In this document: piece by piece, positions 1 to 10,233 of the stretch | How the letters are laid out: every line of letters begins with the position of its first letter | Position numbering within the stretch: position 1 is the first letter of the stretch | Assembly (NCBI GenBank): GCA_902556105.1 | Contig: CACDUZ010000004.1 | Span: 17,727 to 81,726 of the forward strand | Direction: 5' to 3' | Source of the DNA: an uncultured SAR86 cluster bacterium | Lineage (GTDB): Bacteria > Pseudomonadota > Gammaproteobacteria > Magnimaribacterales > D2472 | Length of the DNA: 64,000 nucleotides | Notes under the pieces: model-generated | Database searches by the model: none | The model's input: the letters and a program-made list of their open reading frames with translations, nothing else | What the model was told of the DNA's origin: nothing | Position numbers and translations under genes: made by a program

Positions 1-792
1 ACAATTTCTAAGTTTTTTGGAGTAGATTTAGCTAATGAGATATTAGTTAAATATGGTAATCCAGATTTAATATGTGTAAACAATGTTTATGCACACATTC
101 CAGATCAACAAGACTTTACTAAAGGTATGGAAATACTCTCAGGAGATACAACAACCATTACTATTGAAAATCCGTCATTTGATATATTACTAAACAATGC
201 CTTTTTTGACACAATTTATCATGAACATTATTCATACCTGACGGCACATTCAGTTGATATGGTATCTAAAAAGTGTGGTTTAAAATTGTTTCATGTTGAT
301 CGTCTTCCAACTCACGGTGGTTCTAATAGATATTGGTTAAGCAAATCTCAGATGCCGGACGATACAGTTAAAACTGTGTTAGATGAAGAAAAGGCATCCG
401 GTTTATTTGATGAGGATAAATGGAAAGATTTTGCAGCTCGATCTAATAATGCAATAAATGGCTTGCGAGAATGGCTTATTGAAAGAGAAAAATTAGGTCA
501 TGTGGTTGTTGGTTATGGGGCTGCCCATAAAGGTAATACTTTCTTGAATGCTGTTGGCGAGGCTTCAAAGACACTTAAATACGTTGTGGATGCTAGTCAT
601 GAAAAACAAGGAAAATTTTTGCCAGGTTCTCAAGTTCCAGTCTTGAGTCCAGATAAATTAAATTCTGCAAATCCTAAAGATGTATTAATTTTACCTTGGA
701 ATATTGCTGATGAACTTAGTTCAAATATTAAAAAATTAGCTCCAGATGCTAATATATGGGTGGCCCAACCCTCCATGAAAAAATTAAATTAA
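1..792 (+). CDS. NDP-hexose C-methyltransferase (TylCIII/NovU-like), 5' end cut by the window edge
   Basis: Frame 1 is open from nt 1 (..NNVYAHIPDQQDF..) into the listed ORF. FDTIYHEHYSYL and PTHGGSNRYW match the C-terminal domain of sugar C-methyltransferases as I know it. Confidence 0.7.
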   Translation, partial: TISKFFGVDLANEILVKYGNPDLICVNNVYAHIPDQQDFTKGMEILSGDTTTITIENPSFDILLNNAFFDTIYHEHYSYLTAHSVDMVSKKCGLKLFHVDRLPTHGGSNRYWLSKSQMPDDTVKTVLDEEKASGLFDEDKWKDFAARSNNAINGLREWLIEREKLGHVVVGYGAAHKGNTFLNAVGEASKTLKYVVDASHEKQGKFLPGSQVPVLSPDKLNSANPKDVLILPWNIADELSSNIKKLAPDANIWVAQPSMKKLN

Positions 793-804
793 TTTGGTGA
801 AAAC

Positions 805-1368
805 ATGAAACTTGAATCAACACCAATTTCAGATTTATATGTTCTTCAAAGGAAAATTATAAAAGACAACCGAGGGTCCTTTTCAAGATTGTTTGGTGAA
901 GATGATATTTTAAAAGCGGGTAGACCAACTAATATAGTTCATGTTAATACATCAACTTCAGTTGAGGCTGGAACATTAAGAGGAGTTCACTTTCAGTACC
1001 CGCCTTTTTCTGAAGCCAAAGTTGTCGCATGTACTTCAGGTTCGATATGGGATGTTGGAATTGATTTAAGACCAGATTCACCAACAAGATTCCAATGGTA
1101 TGGTGAGGTGCTTACTCCTGACAATGGCAAAAGTATGATTGTTCCCGAAGGGTTTGGCCATGCCTTTATAACATTGGAACCAAATTCTACAGCTGTTTAT
1201 GCTATTTCAGCTTATTACAATATTGAGTATGAATCTGGAGCACTTTTTAATGATCCTCTTTTAGCTATTGATTGGCCAATTGAACCAACTGTAGTTTCTG
1301 AAAAAGATCGTGATTGGGGCTTATTAGAAGAAAGAATAGAAGAGCTTGATAAAAATTTTACTTTATAA
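805..1368 (+). CDS. rmlC: NDP-4-keto-6-deoxyhexose 3,5-epimerase family (RmlC/NovW-like cupin)
   Basis: 187 aa. The LRGVHFQ, SIWDVGIDLR and VPEGFGHAF blocks are typical of RmlC cupins. It lies between the C-methyltransferase and a sugar reductase. Confidence 0.85.
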   Translation: MKLESTPISDLYVLQRKIIKDNRGSFSRLFGEDDILKAGRPTNIVHVNTSTSVEAGTLRGVHFQYPPFSEAKVVACTSGSIWDVGIDLRPDSPTRFQWYGEVLTPDNGKSMIVPEGFGHAFITLEPNSTAVYAISAYYNIEYESGALFNDPLLAIDWPIEPTVVSEKDRDWGLLEERIEELDKNFTL

Positions 1369-1395
1369 GAGCAGGCTAAATTACTTCATTTTTAT

Positions 1396-2241
1396 ATGAG
1401 AAAACGATTATTATTAACTGGAGGAACAGGATTTGTTGGAAATCAAATTTTGAAGCATCTTTCAAAATATGATGTTGATATTGTCTTGGTAATTAGGAAG
1501 GATTCTGAAAAGACATACGATAATTTAGAAAATATAGTTTCAATAGTTGAAACAGAAAATATTTTTAGTGAAACAAGCTCATGGTGGGGATCTAAATGCA
1601 AAGATGTAGATATTGTTATAAATGCAGCCTGGTATGCTGAGCCAGGATCATATTACACCTCTCTAAGCAACATGGATTGCTTAAGGGGTTCTCTAAATTT
1701 GGCAGAAGGGTGCATAGCCTCAGGTGTAAAAAAGTTCCTAGGTATCGGAACTTGTGCTGAATATGAAATTTCTAATGATCCAATTCCATTTAATGGTGTC
1801 TTGAAATCTCATACAATTTATTCAGCTGCAAAGTTAGCCACCTTTCATATGTTAGAGCAGCTTTTTAATAAAAATGATATTTCATTCGCATGGTGTCGGC
1901 TATTTTATTTATTTGGAGAAGGAGAAGATGATAGAAGGTTGGTACCATATATTAAAAATCAACTAATCAAAGGTGAATCCGCAGAACTTTCGTCTGGAAA
2001 TCAAGTTCGAGACTTCATGGATGTTTCTACTGCTGGCAAGATTATTGCTGACATTTCGTTATCTAACCAATCGGGAGCAATAAATGTATGTTCAGGTATT
2101 CCAAAAACTGTTCGTGAGCATGCAAAAGAAATTGCAAAAGATTATGGCAGGGAGGACTTACTAAATTTTGGTGCAAAAGAGGATAATCCATTAGAGCCAA
2201 TGCATGTTGTTGGAATTCCCAATTGGGAAAAAGACAATTAA
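1396..2241 (+). CDS. NAD(P)-dependent NDP-sugar reductase/epimerase (extended SDR)
   Basis: 281 aa with the Rossmann motif TGGTGFVGN and the catalytic YSAAK (YxxxK). Context suggests a 4-ketoreductase. Confidence 0.7.
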   Translation: MRKRLLLTGGTGFVGNQILKHLSKYDVDIVLVIRKDSEKTYDNLENIVSIVETENIFSETSSWWGSKCKDVDIVINAAWYAEPGSYYTSLSNMDCLRGSLNLAEGCIASGVKKFLGIGTCAEYEISNDPIPFNGVLKSHTIYSAAKLATFHMLEQLFNKNDISFAWCRLFYLFGEGEDDRRLVPYIKNQLIKGESAELSSGNQVRDFMDVSTAGKIIADISLSNQSGAINVCSGIPKTVREHAKEIAKDYGREDLLNFGAKEDNPLEPMHVVGIPNWEKDN

Positions 2242-2245
2242 TTTC

Positions 2246-3325
2246 ATGAGTAATAAAATTACAGCACTAATACCGACTTATAGACGTCCAGAGCTTCTTC
2301 AAAGAGCAATGCTAAGCGTTCTTGGTCAAAGCTATAAAAACATTCAACTTTCCATTTTTGATAATGCGTCTAATGACAATACAAAAGATGTTGTAAACAA
2401 AATGCGTAAAATTGACAACAGAATAAAATATCATTGCAATGAAAATAATATTGGTGCTCTTGCAAATTTTAGGCTTGCGTTTGAAAGTGTAAACACTCCG
2501 TACTTTTCAATTTTAAGTGATGACGATTGTTTAGCCGAAGATTTTTATAAAAATGCAATTGATGTATTGGATAACCATCCTGAAATAATGTTTGTTATTT
2601 TAAATACTTTTAAAATAGATGAAAATTCTAATTTAATCAATTATAAAGAATGCACTAATAAGCTTAGTTTTTACAAAGGAAAAATTGGTTTTGATGCTTT
2701 TCATTCTGGCAATATTCCTCAAATTTGGACTGGCATGGTTTTTAGGAAAGAAGTTGCAAAGATATATGACGAAATGGATACCGCCTATGATGATGCACAT
2801 GATATGAGATTTTTGCTTAGAGCTGTTTCAAGATATGATTTTGCATATCTTTCTAAAGTAGGCGCTTTTTTTACAGTGCATTCAGATTCAGCAAGCTCTG
2901 CATTAAAATCTGTGAATATAGTTCATCAGGGAGTTCAAATCTCACGATACGTAGAAATATTCCATGATGAAAATGTGCCGTCAGATATTAAAGATAGAAC
3001 AATTTTTTATATTAAAAGACTGCTATCAACAAAACCTAGTATTTTTGAGTCACTTTTAAAAATTTTTGTAAATTTTATTGTTCAAACAGATTTTAGCAAT
3101 AAAAAAATTGAAGAAAACATACAAGACTTCAAATATGCTGGCTACAAAAAGAGTTCAAATATTTTAAATCTTTTTCATAAAAGTAAAACTATGAAAATAC
3201 TTGTTCGTATAGTATTTGGCTCATTTTATAGGAGAAGACTTTCAAAAAGACAATCAACAATATTATCTTTACAGAATACTTTATACAAAAAACATTTTGA
3301 CTATATAAAAGATAGCCATACCTAA
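2246..3325 (+). CDS. Family 2 glycosyltransferase
   Basis: The N-terminus ALIPTYRRPELL..SIFDNASND..SILSDDD is the classic GT2 pattern. I moved the start from 2204 to the ATG at 2246, just past the upstream stop. Confidence 0.8.
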   Translation: MSNKITALIPTYRRPELLQRAMLSVLGQSYKNIQLSIFDNASNDNTKDVVNKMRKIDNRIKYHCNENNIGALANFRLAFESVNTPYFSILSDDDCLAEDFYKNAIDVLDNHPEIMFVILNTFKIDENSNLINYKECTNKLSFYKGKIGFDAFHSGNIPQIWTGMVFRKEVAKIYDEMDTAYDDAHDMRFLLRAVSRYDFAYLSKVGAFFTVHSDSASSALKSVNIVHQGVQISRYVEIFHDENVPSDIKDRTIFYIKRLLSTKPSIFESLLKIFVNFIVQTDFSNKKIEENIQDFKYAGYKKSSNILNLFHKSKTMKILVRIVFGSFYRRRLSKRQSTILSLQNTLYKKHFDYIKDSHT

Positions 3326-3416
3326 CTATAATAATGCTAATTTTTTACTAGAAATTAAATGATAGATTAATTAGCCGCACTCTTAATAACGCATATAAAC
3401 CTGTATAATTAGTAAG

Positions 3417-4328
3417 ATGGAAAATAATAATTCAAATATGCACAACAATTCTGTTGATGAAATAAATATAAGAGAGCTTTTTCAAACTATTTGGAAGGGC
3501 AAAATCACTATCTTTGGTATCACTTTGCTTTCATCAATATTAGCAGTTTTATTTAGTCTTAGCTTGCCTAATATATATCAATCAGAGGCTATCTTAAGTC
3601 CTGTTGGAGCTGAAGTTGGTTCCAAGAAAAATTCAAATATTGGAGGATTGGCTAGTCTAGCAGGTATCAATTTATCGTCGCAACCTGTAGGAAATTCAAT
3701 TAAGGCCATGGAAAAAGTTAGAACACTTAGTTTTTTTGAAGATTATATTCTACCCAATATATTTCTACCTAATCTCATGGCGGTAGACTCCTGGGATCCA
3801 GATACTAACAAAATCTCATATAATGAAAAAGACTATAATGAAAAGACAAAAACTTGGAATGAAATTCCAAGTGCTCAAGAAAGTTATGACGAATTTAAAG
3901 ATATAATGAGTTTTACTCAGGATTATGACACAGGTTTTGTGTCTGTTTCTGTAAGACATCAATCACCACATATAGCAAAAGATTGGGTAGATCTCATTGT
4001 AAACCAAATAAATTACTTCTTTAGAATGAATGATAAAAAAGAAGCAAATTTATCAATAGATTTCTTGAATATGCAAATATCACAAACAAGCTATACTGAA
4101 ATCAAGCAAGTTATTGCGCAACTACTTCAGAATAAAGTGCAACAGTTAACTTTGATAGAGGCAAATGAGTTTTATGTTTTTTCCTATCTAGATCCTCCTG
4201 CTGCTATGGAAGATCGTGAAGAACCTAATCGTGTATCAATTTGTTTTTTGGGTTTTATTTTTGGAGTGTTATTAGGCCTCTTAATTGTTATAACTCGTCA
4301 GTATATCTACACTAAAGAGAATTATTAG
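3417..4328 (+). CDS. wzz: Polysaccharide chain-length determinant (Wzz/PCP-1 type, no kinase domain)
   Basis: 303 aa. It has the N-terminal Wzz pattern (IDEINIRELFQTIWKGK plus a TM helix, then PNIYQSEAIL) and a second TM helix at the C-terminus. Confidence 0.75.
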   Translation: MENNNSNMHNNSVDEINIRELFQTIWKGKITIFGITLLSSILAVLFSLSLPNIYQSEAILSPVGAEVGSKKNSNIGGLASLAGINLSSQPVGNSIKAMEKVRTLSFFEDYILPNIFLPNLMAVDSWDPDTNKISYNEKDYNEKTKTWNEIPSAQESYDEFKDIMSFTQDYDTGFVSVSVRHQSPHIAKDWVDLIVNQINYFFRMNDKKEANLSIDFLNMQISQTSYTEIKQVIAQLLQNKVQQLTLIEANEFYVFSYLDPPAAMEDREEPNRVSICFLGFIFGVLLGLLIVITRQYIYTKENY

Positions 4329-4461
4329 CTATGAGTTTTAGTTTAATTGGAAGATATAAAAACAGTAAAATACAAACAATTCCTAATCAGCAACCATAAG
4401 AAATAATTTTTGAAAAATGAAAATTATAGCGCCAAAACTAAAATAATAATAAGAGTTTATT

Positions 4462-6264
4462 ATGTATAAACTTTTAAAAGAACTTTTTAGGCTTCTTACA
4501 CCAAGTCAGCGTAAACGTTTTTATGTTCTTCAAATTTTAGTCACATTAGTTGCTATCTTTGAGATATTTAGTGTCGCCTCTATTATTCCTTTCATGGCTT
4601 TGGTGGCAGATATGAATCAACTGCAAGAAGATGTATTTATAGCTCAAGTTTATCAATCAAGCGGCATAACCTCAGAAACACAATTCATGTTTCTCATGGG
4701 CCTATGTGTTCTAACCATTTTAATAATTTCATCTTTAATTTCTATTTTTACTATATGGAAATTATCTATGTTTGCATTTTCAGTTGGCTCAGAAATATCA
4801 GATAGACTTTACACTTATTACTTAAGGCAAGATTGGTTGTTTCATTCTGAAGGGAGTAGCGCTCAATTAACAAAAAAAATTGCTACAGAGACAGTAAGGG
4901 TAACAGGTGGTATTTTAGTCCCACTAATGCATCTAAACGCAAAAGTTGTACTTGCTTTACTAATGATTACCAGTATTTTTATATATGATGCAAAAGTTGC
5001 AATAGTAGGAGCTATTATTTTTACATTAACCTACTATACCCTAATCATAGCTGTTAAAAGTCGTCTAGAAAGTTATGGATCAGCTACAACAGAAGTCATG
5101 GAGCAGCGTTTTCGCTTAATGAATGAGGGCTTCGGTGGAATCAAGGACTTGCTTTTACTAGGTAGAGATTATGATTTTATCAAACGTTTTAACAAAACAG
5201 GTATCTTTCTTGCGTTTAGCCAAGGCACAGGCACTGCATTAATCCAGGCACCTCGTTATCTTATTGAGCTATTGGCTTTTGGGTCACTGATATTACTCAT
5301 TCTTTACTTACTTATTAGTTATGATGGCGATTTGAGTGTTATTTTACCAATACTTACTCTTTATGCGGTTGGAGCCATAAAATTATTACCTGCCTTTCAA
5401 CAAATTTACCAAAGTATTTCCGTAATAAATACTAATACTGCAGCTTTTGACGAAATAAGAGAGGACTTAAAAAATATTAAGTTAGCAGAACTTCAAACAT
5501 TAAAAGCAAAGGATAAACACAGTTACCTTTATCCAAAAAAACAATTAGCTCTCAAAGATATTTCTTTTACCTATCCAAACAAAGATAAAAAAGTACTTAA
5601 CCAAATAAATATATCAATACCTGCAAGAAGTATAATTGGAATAGTTGGTCCTTCTGGTGCAGGTAAATCAACAATCATCGATGTTCTTCTTGGTCTAATA
5701 AAGCCACAACAAGGATATTTAGCTGTTGATGATACAGTTATTGATGATCATAACCGGAGATCATGGCAAAATAGTATTGGATTTGTAGCTCAAAATATTT
5801 TTTTATCAGAAGGAACTATTGCTGAAAATGTAGCATTCGGTCTTCCTAATGAAGAGATTAATTTAGAGCAAGTGCAAAAAGCACTAAATTTAGCCAGCCT
5901 TGAAGAATTTTGTGAAACTCTCAGTGATGGCATCCATACTAAAGTTGGAGAGCGTGGGGTGCAACTATCAGGTGGTCAGCGTCAACGCATAGGTATCGCA
6001 AGAGCTTTATATCACAAAGTAGAAGTCATTGTATTTGATGAAGCAACTAGTTCTCTTGATGGCATTACTGAAAAACAAATTATGGAAGCTATTCATGGTT
6101 TAAGTGGACACAATACTATTATATTGATTGCACATCGGTTGAAAACTGTACAAAATTGCGACCAAATATACTTTATAGAAAATGGAAGGATTAATGATCA
6201 AGGAACATATGATGAACTCATAGAAAAAAATGAACGCTTTAAAAATATGGCATCACATGCATAA
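4462..6264 (+). CDS. Fused TMD-NBD ABC exporter (MsbA/PglK-like half transporter)
   Basis: 600 aa with a six-helix N-terminal half. Walker A is GPSGAGKST, the signature is LSGGQRQR and Walker B is IVFDEATS. Confidence 0.85.
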   Translation: MYKLLKELFRLLTPSQRKRFYVLQILVTLVAIFEIFSVASIIPFMALVADMNQLQEDVFIAQVYQSSGITSETQFMFLMGLCVLTILIISSLISIFTIWKLSMFAFSVGSEISDRLYTYYLRQDWLFHSEGSSAQLTKKIATETVRVTGGILVPLMHLNAKVVLALLMITSIFIYDAKVAIVGAIIFTLTYYTLIIAVKSRLESYGSATTEVMEQRFRLMNEGFGGIKDLLLLGRDYDFIKRFNKTGIFLAFSQGTGTALIQAPRYLIELLAFGSLILLILYLLISYDGDLSVILPILTLYAVGAIKLLPAFQQIYQSISVINTNTAAFDEIREDLKNIKLAELQTLKAKDKHSYLYPKKQLALKDISFTYPNKDKKVLNQINISIPARSIIGIVGPSGAGKSTIIDVLLGLIKPQQGYLAVDDTVIDDHNRRSWQNSIGFVAQNIFLSEGTIAENVAFGLPNEEINLEQVQKALNLASLEEFCETLSDGIHTKVGERGVQLSGGQRQRIGIARALYHKVEVIVFDEATSSLDGITEKQIMEAIHGLSGHNTIILIAHRLKTVQNCDQIYFIENGRINDQGTYDELIEKNERFKNMASHA

Positions 6265-6288
6265 TGTTTATAATAATTTAAAAACCTC

Positions 6289-7362
6289 GTGAATAAAAAA
6301 TTTTTAATATCTGGAGGTGCAGGCTTTATTGGGTCTGCAGTGATACGTTATATTATTAACAATACAAGTCATAGTGTGGTTAATGTTGATAACTTGACTT
6401 ATGCTGGAAATTTGGATTCTTTATTATCAGTCGAAAATGATCCCAGATATGAGTTTGAAAAAGTTGATATTTGTAATTCAAAAGATATCGGTCTTGTTCT
6501 TAATAAACATAAACCAGATATAATTATGCATTTAGCTGCTGAATCTCATGTTGACCGTTCTATAGATAGCCCTAGAAAATTTATTGAAACCAATATTTTA
6601 GGTACTTATGTCTTGCTGGAGCAGTCAAAAGAATATTGGTTGAGTTTAAATGATAAGAAAAAAAATAAATTTAAATTTCATCATGTTTCTACTGATGAAG
6701 TTTATGGTGACCTAGGTCAAAAAGACATTTTATTCACTGAGGAAACACCATATGCACCAAGCTCACCATATGCAGCATCAAAGGCAAGCTCCGATCATTT
6801 AGTTCGCGCATGGCATCGGACTTTTAACTTACCGACATTAATTACTAATTGTTCTAACAACTATGGGCCATATCAATTTCCTGAAAAGCTTATACCTCTT
6901 ATGATTCTTAATGCTATTGAAGGAAAACCATTACCAGTTTACGGGAATGGAAGACAGGTTCGCGATTGGTTATATGTTGATGATCATGCTAAGGCACTTC
7001 TTTTAGTTGCACTTGAGGGTGAAATTGGAAGTACATATAACATTGGTGGAAACAATCAACTCCAAAATATTGAAGTAGTACAAATCTTATGCGATATTTT
7101 AGATGACTTAGCACCAAGTAAAATTGATGACATAAGACATTACAAACAATTAGTTACCAATGTTGAGGATAGAGCAGGACATGATTTAAGATATGCAATT
7201 GATGCAACTAAGATTACTAAAGACTTAAATTGGAAACCTGATGAAACTTTTGCATCTGGCATCAAAAAGACAGTAAAGTGGTATTTAGAAAACATAAATT
7301 GGTGTGATCGTGTTAAAGATGGAAGCTATCAAGGAGAGAGACTAGGAACTAGTCAATCATGA
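6289..7362 (+). CDS. rfbB: dTDP-glucose 4,6-dehydratase
   Basis: GTG start. [29 protein letters not shown] and a full-length match to the RmlB pattern. Its stop overlaps the rfbA start (ATGA). Confidence 0.95.
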   Translation: MNKKFLISGGAGFIGSAVIRYIINNTSHSVVNVDNLTYAGNLDSLLSVENDPRYEFEKVDICNSKDIGLVLNKHKPDIIMHLAAESHVDRSIDSPRKFIETNILGTYVLLEQSKEYWLSLNDKKKNKFKFHHVSTDEVYGDLGQKDILFTEETPYAPSSPYAASKASSDHLVRAWHRTFNLPTLITNCSNNYGPYQFPEKLIPLMILNAIEGKPLPVYGNGRQVRDWLYVDDHAKALLLVALEGEIGSTYNIGGNNQLQNIEVVQILCDILDDLAPSKIDDIRHYKQLVTNVEDRAGHDLRYAIDATKITKDLNWKPDETFASGIKKTVKWYLENINWCDRVKDGSYQGERLGTSQS

Positions 7363-8225
7363 AAGGTATTATTTTAGCAGGAGGTTCTGGTACTAGGCTG
7401 TATCCCATCACTAAGGGCGTTTCAAAACAGTTACTTCCTGTTTATGACAAGCCAATGATTTACTATCCTTTATCAGTTTTAATGTTAGCGGGAATCCAAG
7501 ATATATTAATTATTACAACACCCTCAGATCAATCTAGTTTCAAAAGTATTCTGGGTGATGGTACTCGTTTTGGAATTAAATTAAGCTACGAAATTCAATC
7601 AAGTCCTGATGGGTTAGCACAAGCTTTTATTATTGGTGAGGATTTTATTGGTGATGATAGCGTATGTCTTGTGCTTGGAGATAATATTTTTTGGGGCCAT
7701 GGTTTTACTTCAATGCTAGAAAAATCAGCATCTAGACAAAAAGGTGCAACTATATTTGGTTATCAAGTGAATGATCCTGAAAGATTTGGTGTTGTCGAGT
7801 TTAATGAAGATAAGATTGCTATAAGTATTGAAGAAAAACCAGAAAAAGCAAAATCAAATTTTGCTGTTACAGGCTTGTATTTTTATGACAATAATGTGAT
7901 TGAAATGTCAAAGAAAGTTAAGCCGTCAGCTAGAGGTGAGCTAGAAATAACAGCTCTTAACCAAATGTATTTAGAGAAAGGGGAGCTGCATGTAGAGTTA
8001 CTTGGACGTGGCTTTGCTTGGCTTGATACAGGAACACATGAGTCTCTTTTGCAAGCATCTGTATTTGTAGAAATGATAGAAAGACGTCAAGGGTATAAAG
8101 TGGCCTGCCTTGAAGAAATAGCTTGGAAGAATGGATTGCTAACAAGGAATGATATAAAAAAAATTAGTGACGAAATGCCTATGAATATTTATAGGAAGTA
8201 CTTAAGAAGCTTGCTTACAGACTAA
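7359..8225 (+). CDS. rfbA: Glucose-1-phosphate thymidylyltransferase
   Basis: [18 protein letters not shown].. and the rest of the protein match RmlA closely. Confidence 0.95.
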   Translation: MKGIILAGGSGTRLYPITKGVSKQLLPVYDKPMIYYPLSVLMLAGIQDILIITTPSDQSSFKSILGDGTRFGIKLSYEIQSSPDGLAQAFIIGEDFIGDDSVCLVLGDNIFWGHGFTSMLEKSASRQKGATIFGYQVNDPERFGVVEFNEDKIAISIEEKPEKAKSNFAVTGLYFYDNNVIEMSKKVKPSARGELEITALNQMYLEKGELHVELLGRGFAWLDTGTHESLLQASVFVEMIERRQGYKVACLEEIAWKNGLLTRNDIKKISDEMPMNIYRKYLRSLLTD

Positions 8226-8236
8226 GGTTAATTTTA

Positions 8237-8941
8237 ATGCCTAATACGATTATTGGAAAAGGTATGATAGCGCAAGCTTTTTTAAAAAGTGCTTCAAATA
8301 ACTGTATATTTTTTTGTTCTGGAGTTTCAAATTCAAAAGAAACTAGTAGAGCGGAATTTATTAGAGAAATTGAATTATTTAATAAAACTATCAAAAATAA
8401 AACGGTCATTTATTTTAGTAGTTATATTGCCGAATCTATTGCAACTCCTTATGCACTTCATAAAAAAAATATGGAAAATATAATAGAAAATACTTGCGAT
8501 AAGTATTTAATTATTAGACTTCCTAGTGTTGTAGGACTAACAAAAAATAATACATTAATTAGTTACTTTATTAAGATGATTTTAAATAATAAAGTTATAA
8601 AAATTGAAAAGGATGCAAGAAGACATTTGATTGATGTAGAAGATGTTGTAAGAATTACCGATTATTTAATTAGTAATAATTGCCACAACAAATCTATTTC
8701 AATTGGATCTAAATCTAATATTTCCCCTTTAGAGTTAATACGTTTAATCTCAAACGAATTAAATATCAATCAAATCAAGTATGAGCTTTGCGATGGAGGG
8801 ACTAATCAATATTCTAATATAAATTTTATAGAATCAATTCTACCCAAAAAAGATGCAATTATGCACAAGTCTTATAATGACAAACTAATTAAGAAATACT
8901 CTAAAGACATAAAGAGATTATTTTTAGGAGATCAGTTATAG
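8237..8941 (+). CDS. Short, divergent SDR-like sugar reductase (RmlD-like?)
   Basis: 234 aa. It has a degenerate glycine motif (IIGKGMIAQAF), a YALHK (YxxxK) motif and an RLPSVVG block. The gene is very AT-rich. Confidence 0.4.
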   Translation: MPNTIIGKGMIAQAFLKSASNNCIFFCSGVSNSKETSRAEFIREIELFNKTIKNKTVIYFSSYIAESIATPYALHKKNMENIIENTCDKYLIIRLPSVVGLTKNNTLISYFIKMILNNKVIKIEKDARRHLIDVEDVVRITDYLISNNCHNKSISIGSKSNISPLELIRLISNELNINQIKYELCDGGTNQYSNINFIESILPKKDAIMHKSYNDKLIKKYSKDIKRLFLGDQL

Positions 8942-8983
8942 AATGAAAAAAACAAGATACACAAGCAAACAATTTAAAAATTC

Positions 8984-10090
8984 ATGAAAGGTATATCAAA
9001 TAAGCACATATTTATGTGCATTGAGGGTGATAACTTTATACAATTATTTGTAGACGCATTGGTAAGTAAAACAAATTTGAATAAAGATGACTTTGCAATT
9101 GTTATTATTCCGTTAAAAACAAGACACCCTTTTAATAAAGTCATTGATGCAGAATTTATCGATTACAATGAGAGTCTTATTCCTGATTTAGTTAATGCAA
9201 AATCTTTGACTTTCATGTCATTAAACAATTGGAACTCAGTTGTTCTTAATAAATTAGTAGATCAGGACAATAAAATTGTAAACAATATATTCATTTTTAT
9301 TGGTGATGATGAGATTGATAGATGGAATAAAAACTTTAATATAAACACTTTTCTAAAAGAAGATGAAAGCCAACACATTTCCTCAGAAGTAATAAAAGCG
9401 CTTTCATATAGACTTAACTTTATAATGGCACATAAATATTTTTATGATGTTTTAAAAAAAATACTTAGTGTAGATAAAATTAATGTCATAGATGCCTCAA
9501 TTATTTTTGATATTTTATTAACAGATCAGTCCGAAAAATTATTTCATATCGTAAAGTCGAGCTTCAAAAAGGATGAAAAGATATTACTAGGCTCAAAAGC
9601 AGGTAGTTTTGGTTTCAGGGCAACAACTAAAATTTTTAATTCTTTTTATAAGCTGGAAACAATTGATAACTATAAATTTGTCTGTCTTAATCAAGGAATG
9701 CATAAAATCGCTTTGATGTTATACATTTTTTTCTTAAGATTATTTAAAAAAATCAATTTGCAGGTAGAATTTTTTCCAACAACAGATGCGCTTACATATA
9801 ATTCAATGGTGTCATCGATATCATATTTTATTTTGCAAAATAGAGGTGGCGCTAGCACAGCAAGAAATTTTGCAAAATGGGGATGTGGTGTTTTGTGTGT
9901 AATGCAAGACTCTCCTAATTCAGGTGTTTTTAAAGATGTTTTTAAAATTAATTTAATTGATTTTGAAAACTATGATGAGATTGCATATCAAATAAAAAAA
10001 AGCAAGCATATTGATGTTAAACAAAATAAAATAAAAATAATGCATGAAGAGTCAAGATCTATTGGTGTTCTTTCTAAGATATATGCTTAA
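8984..10090 (+). CDS. Hypothetical protein with weak resemblance to GT56 (WecF/RffT-type) transferases
   Basis: 368 aa. The C-terminal YFILQNRGGASTARNFAKWGCGVLCV resembles the WecF block [25 protein letters not shown] that I recall. There is no other recognisable motif. Confidence 0.3.
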   Translation: MKGISNKHIFMCIEGDNFIQLFVDALVSKTNLNKDDFAIVIIPLKTRHPFNKVIDAEFIDYNESLIPDLVNAKSLTFMSLNNWNSVVLNKLVDQDNKIVNNIFIFIGDDEIDRWNKNFNINTFLKEDESQHISSEVIKALSYRLNFIMAHKYFYDVLKKILSVDKINVIDASIIFDILLTDQSEKLFHIVKSSFKKDEKILLGSKAGSFGFRATTKIFNSFYKLETIDNYKFVCLNQGMHKIALMLYIFFLRLFKKINLQVEFFPTTDALTYNSMVSSISYFILQNRGGASTARNFAKWGCGVLCVMQDSPNSGVFKDVFKINLIDFENYDEIAYQIKKSKHIDVKQNKIKIMHEESRSIGVLSKIYA

Positions 10091-10100
10091 ATTAAATTAA

Positions 10101-10218
10101 ACTATTCAAAAATGTGACAAAATATTTTTTATTGATAAAGACAAAGTAGTTGATAATGGCACATACAAAGAATTAATTAAAAAATGAACATTTTAGAAAT
10201 ATGGCAAATCATGCTTGA
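10101..10218 (+). pseudogene. Fossil 3' end of a second MsbA/PglK-like ABC exporter gene (one frameshift)
   Basis: Translation gives TIQKCDKIFFIDKDKVVDNGTYKELIKK, then a +1 shift in an A-run, then NEHFRNMANHA*. This aligns residue for residue with the C-terminus of the intact exporter at 4462-6264 (TVQNCDQIYFIENGRINDQGTYDELIEKNERFKNMASHA*). No upstream part of the gene exists. Confidence 0.75.
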
Positions 10219-10233
10219 TGCACTGAGACTGGT

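Noticed and set aside
2204-2245. The longer start of the GT2 gene (ATG 2204), and likewise the long forms of the TerB-like ORF (to 42009) and phhB (TTG 50755)
   Set aside because: Each extension overlaps the preceding gene and adds residues without family similarity. The internal starts at 2246, 41943 and 50791 give canonical N-termini and tight gene junctions.
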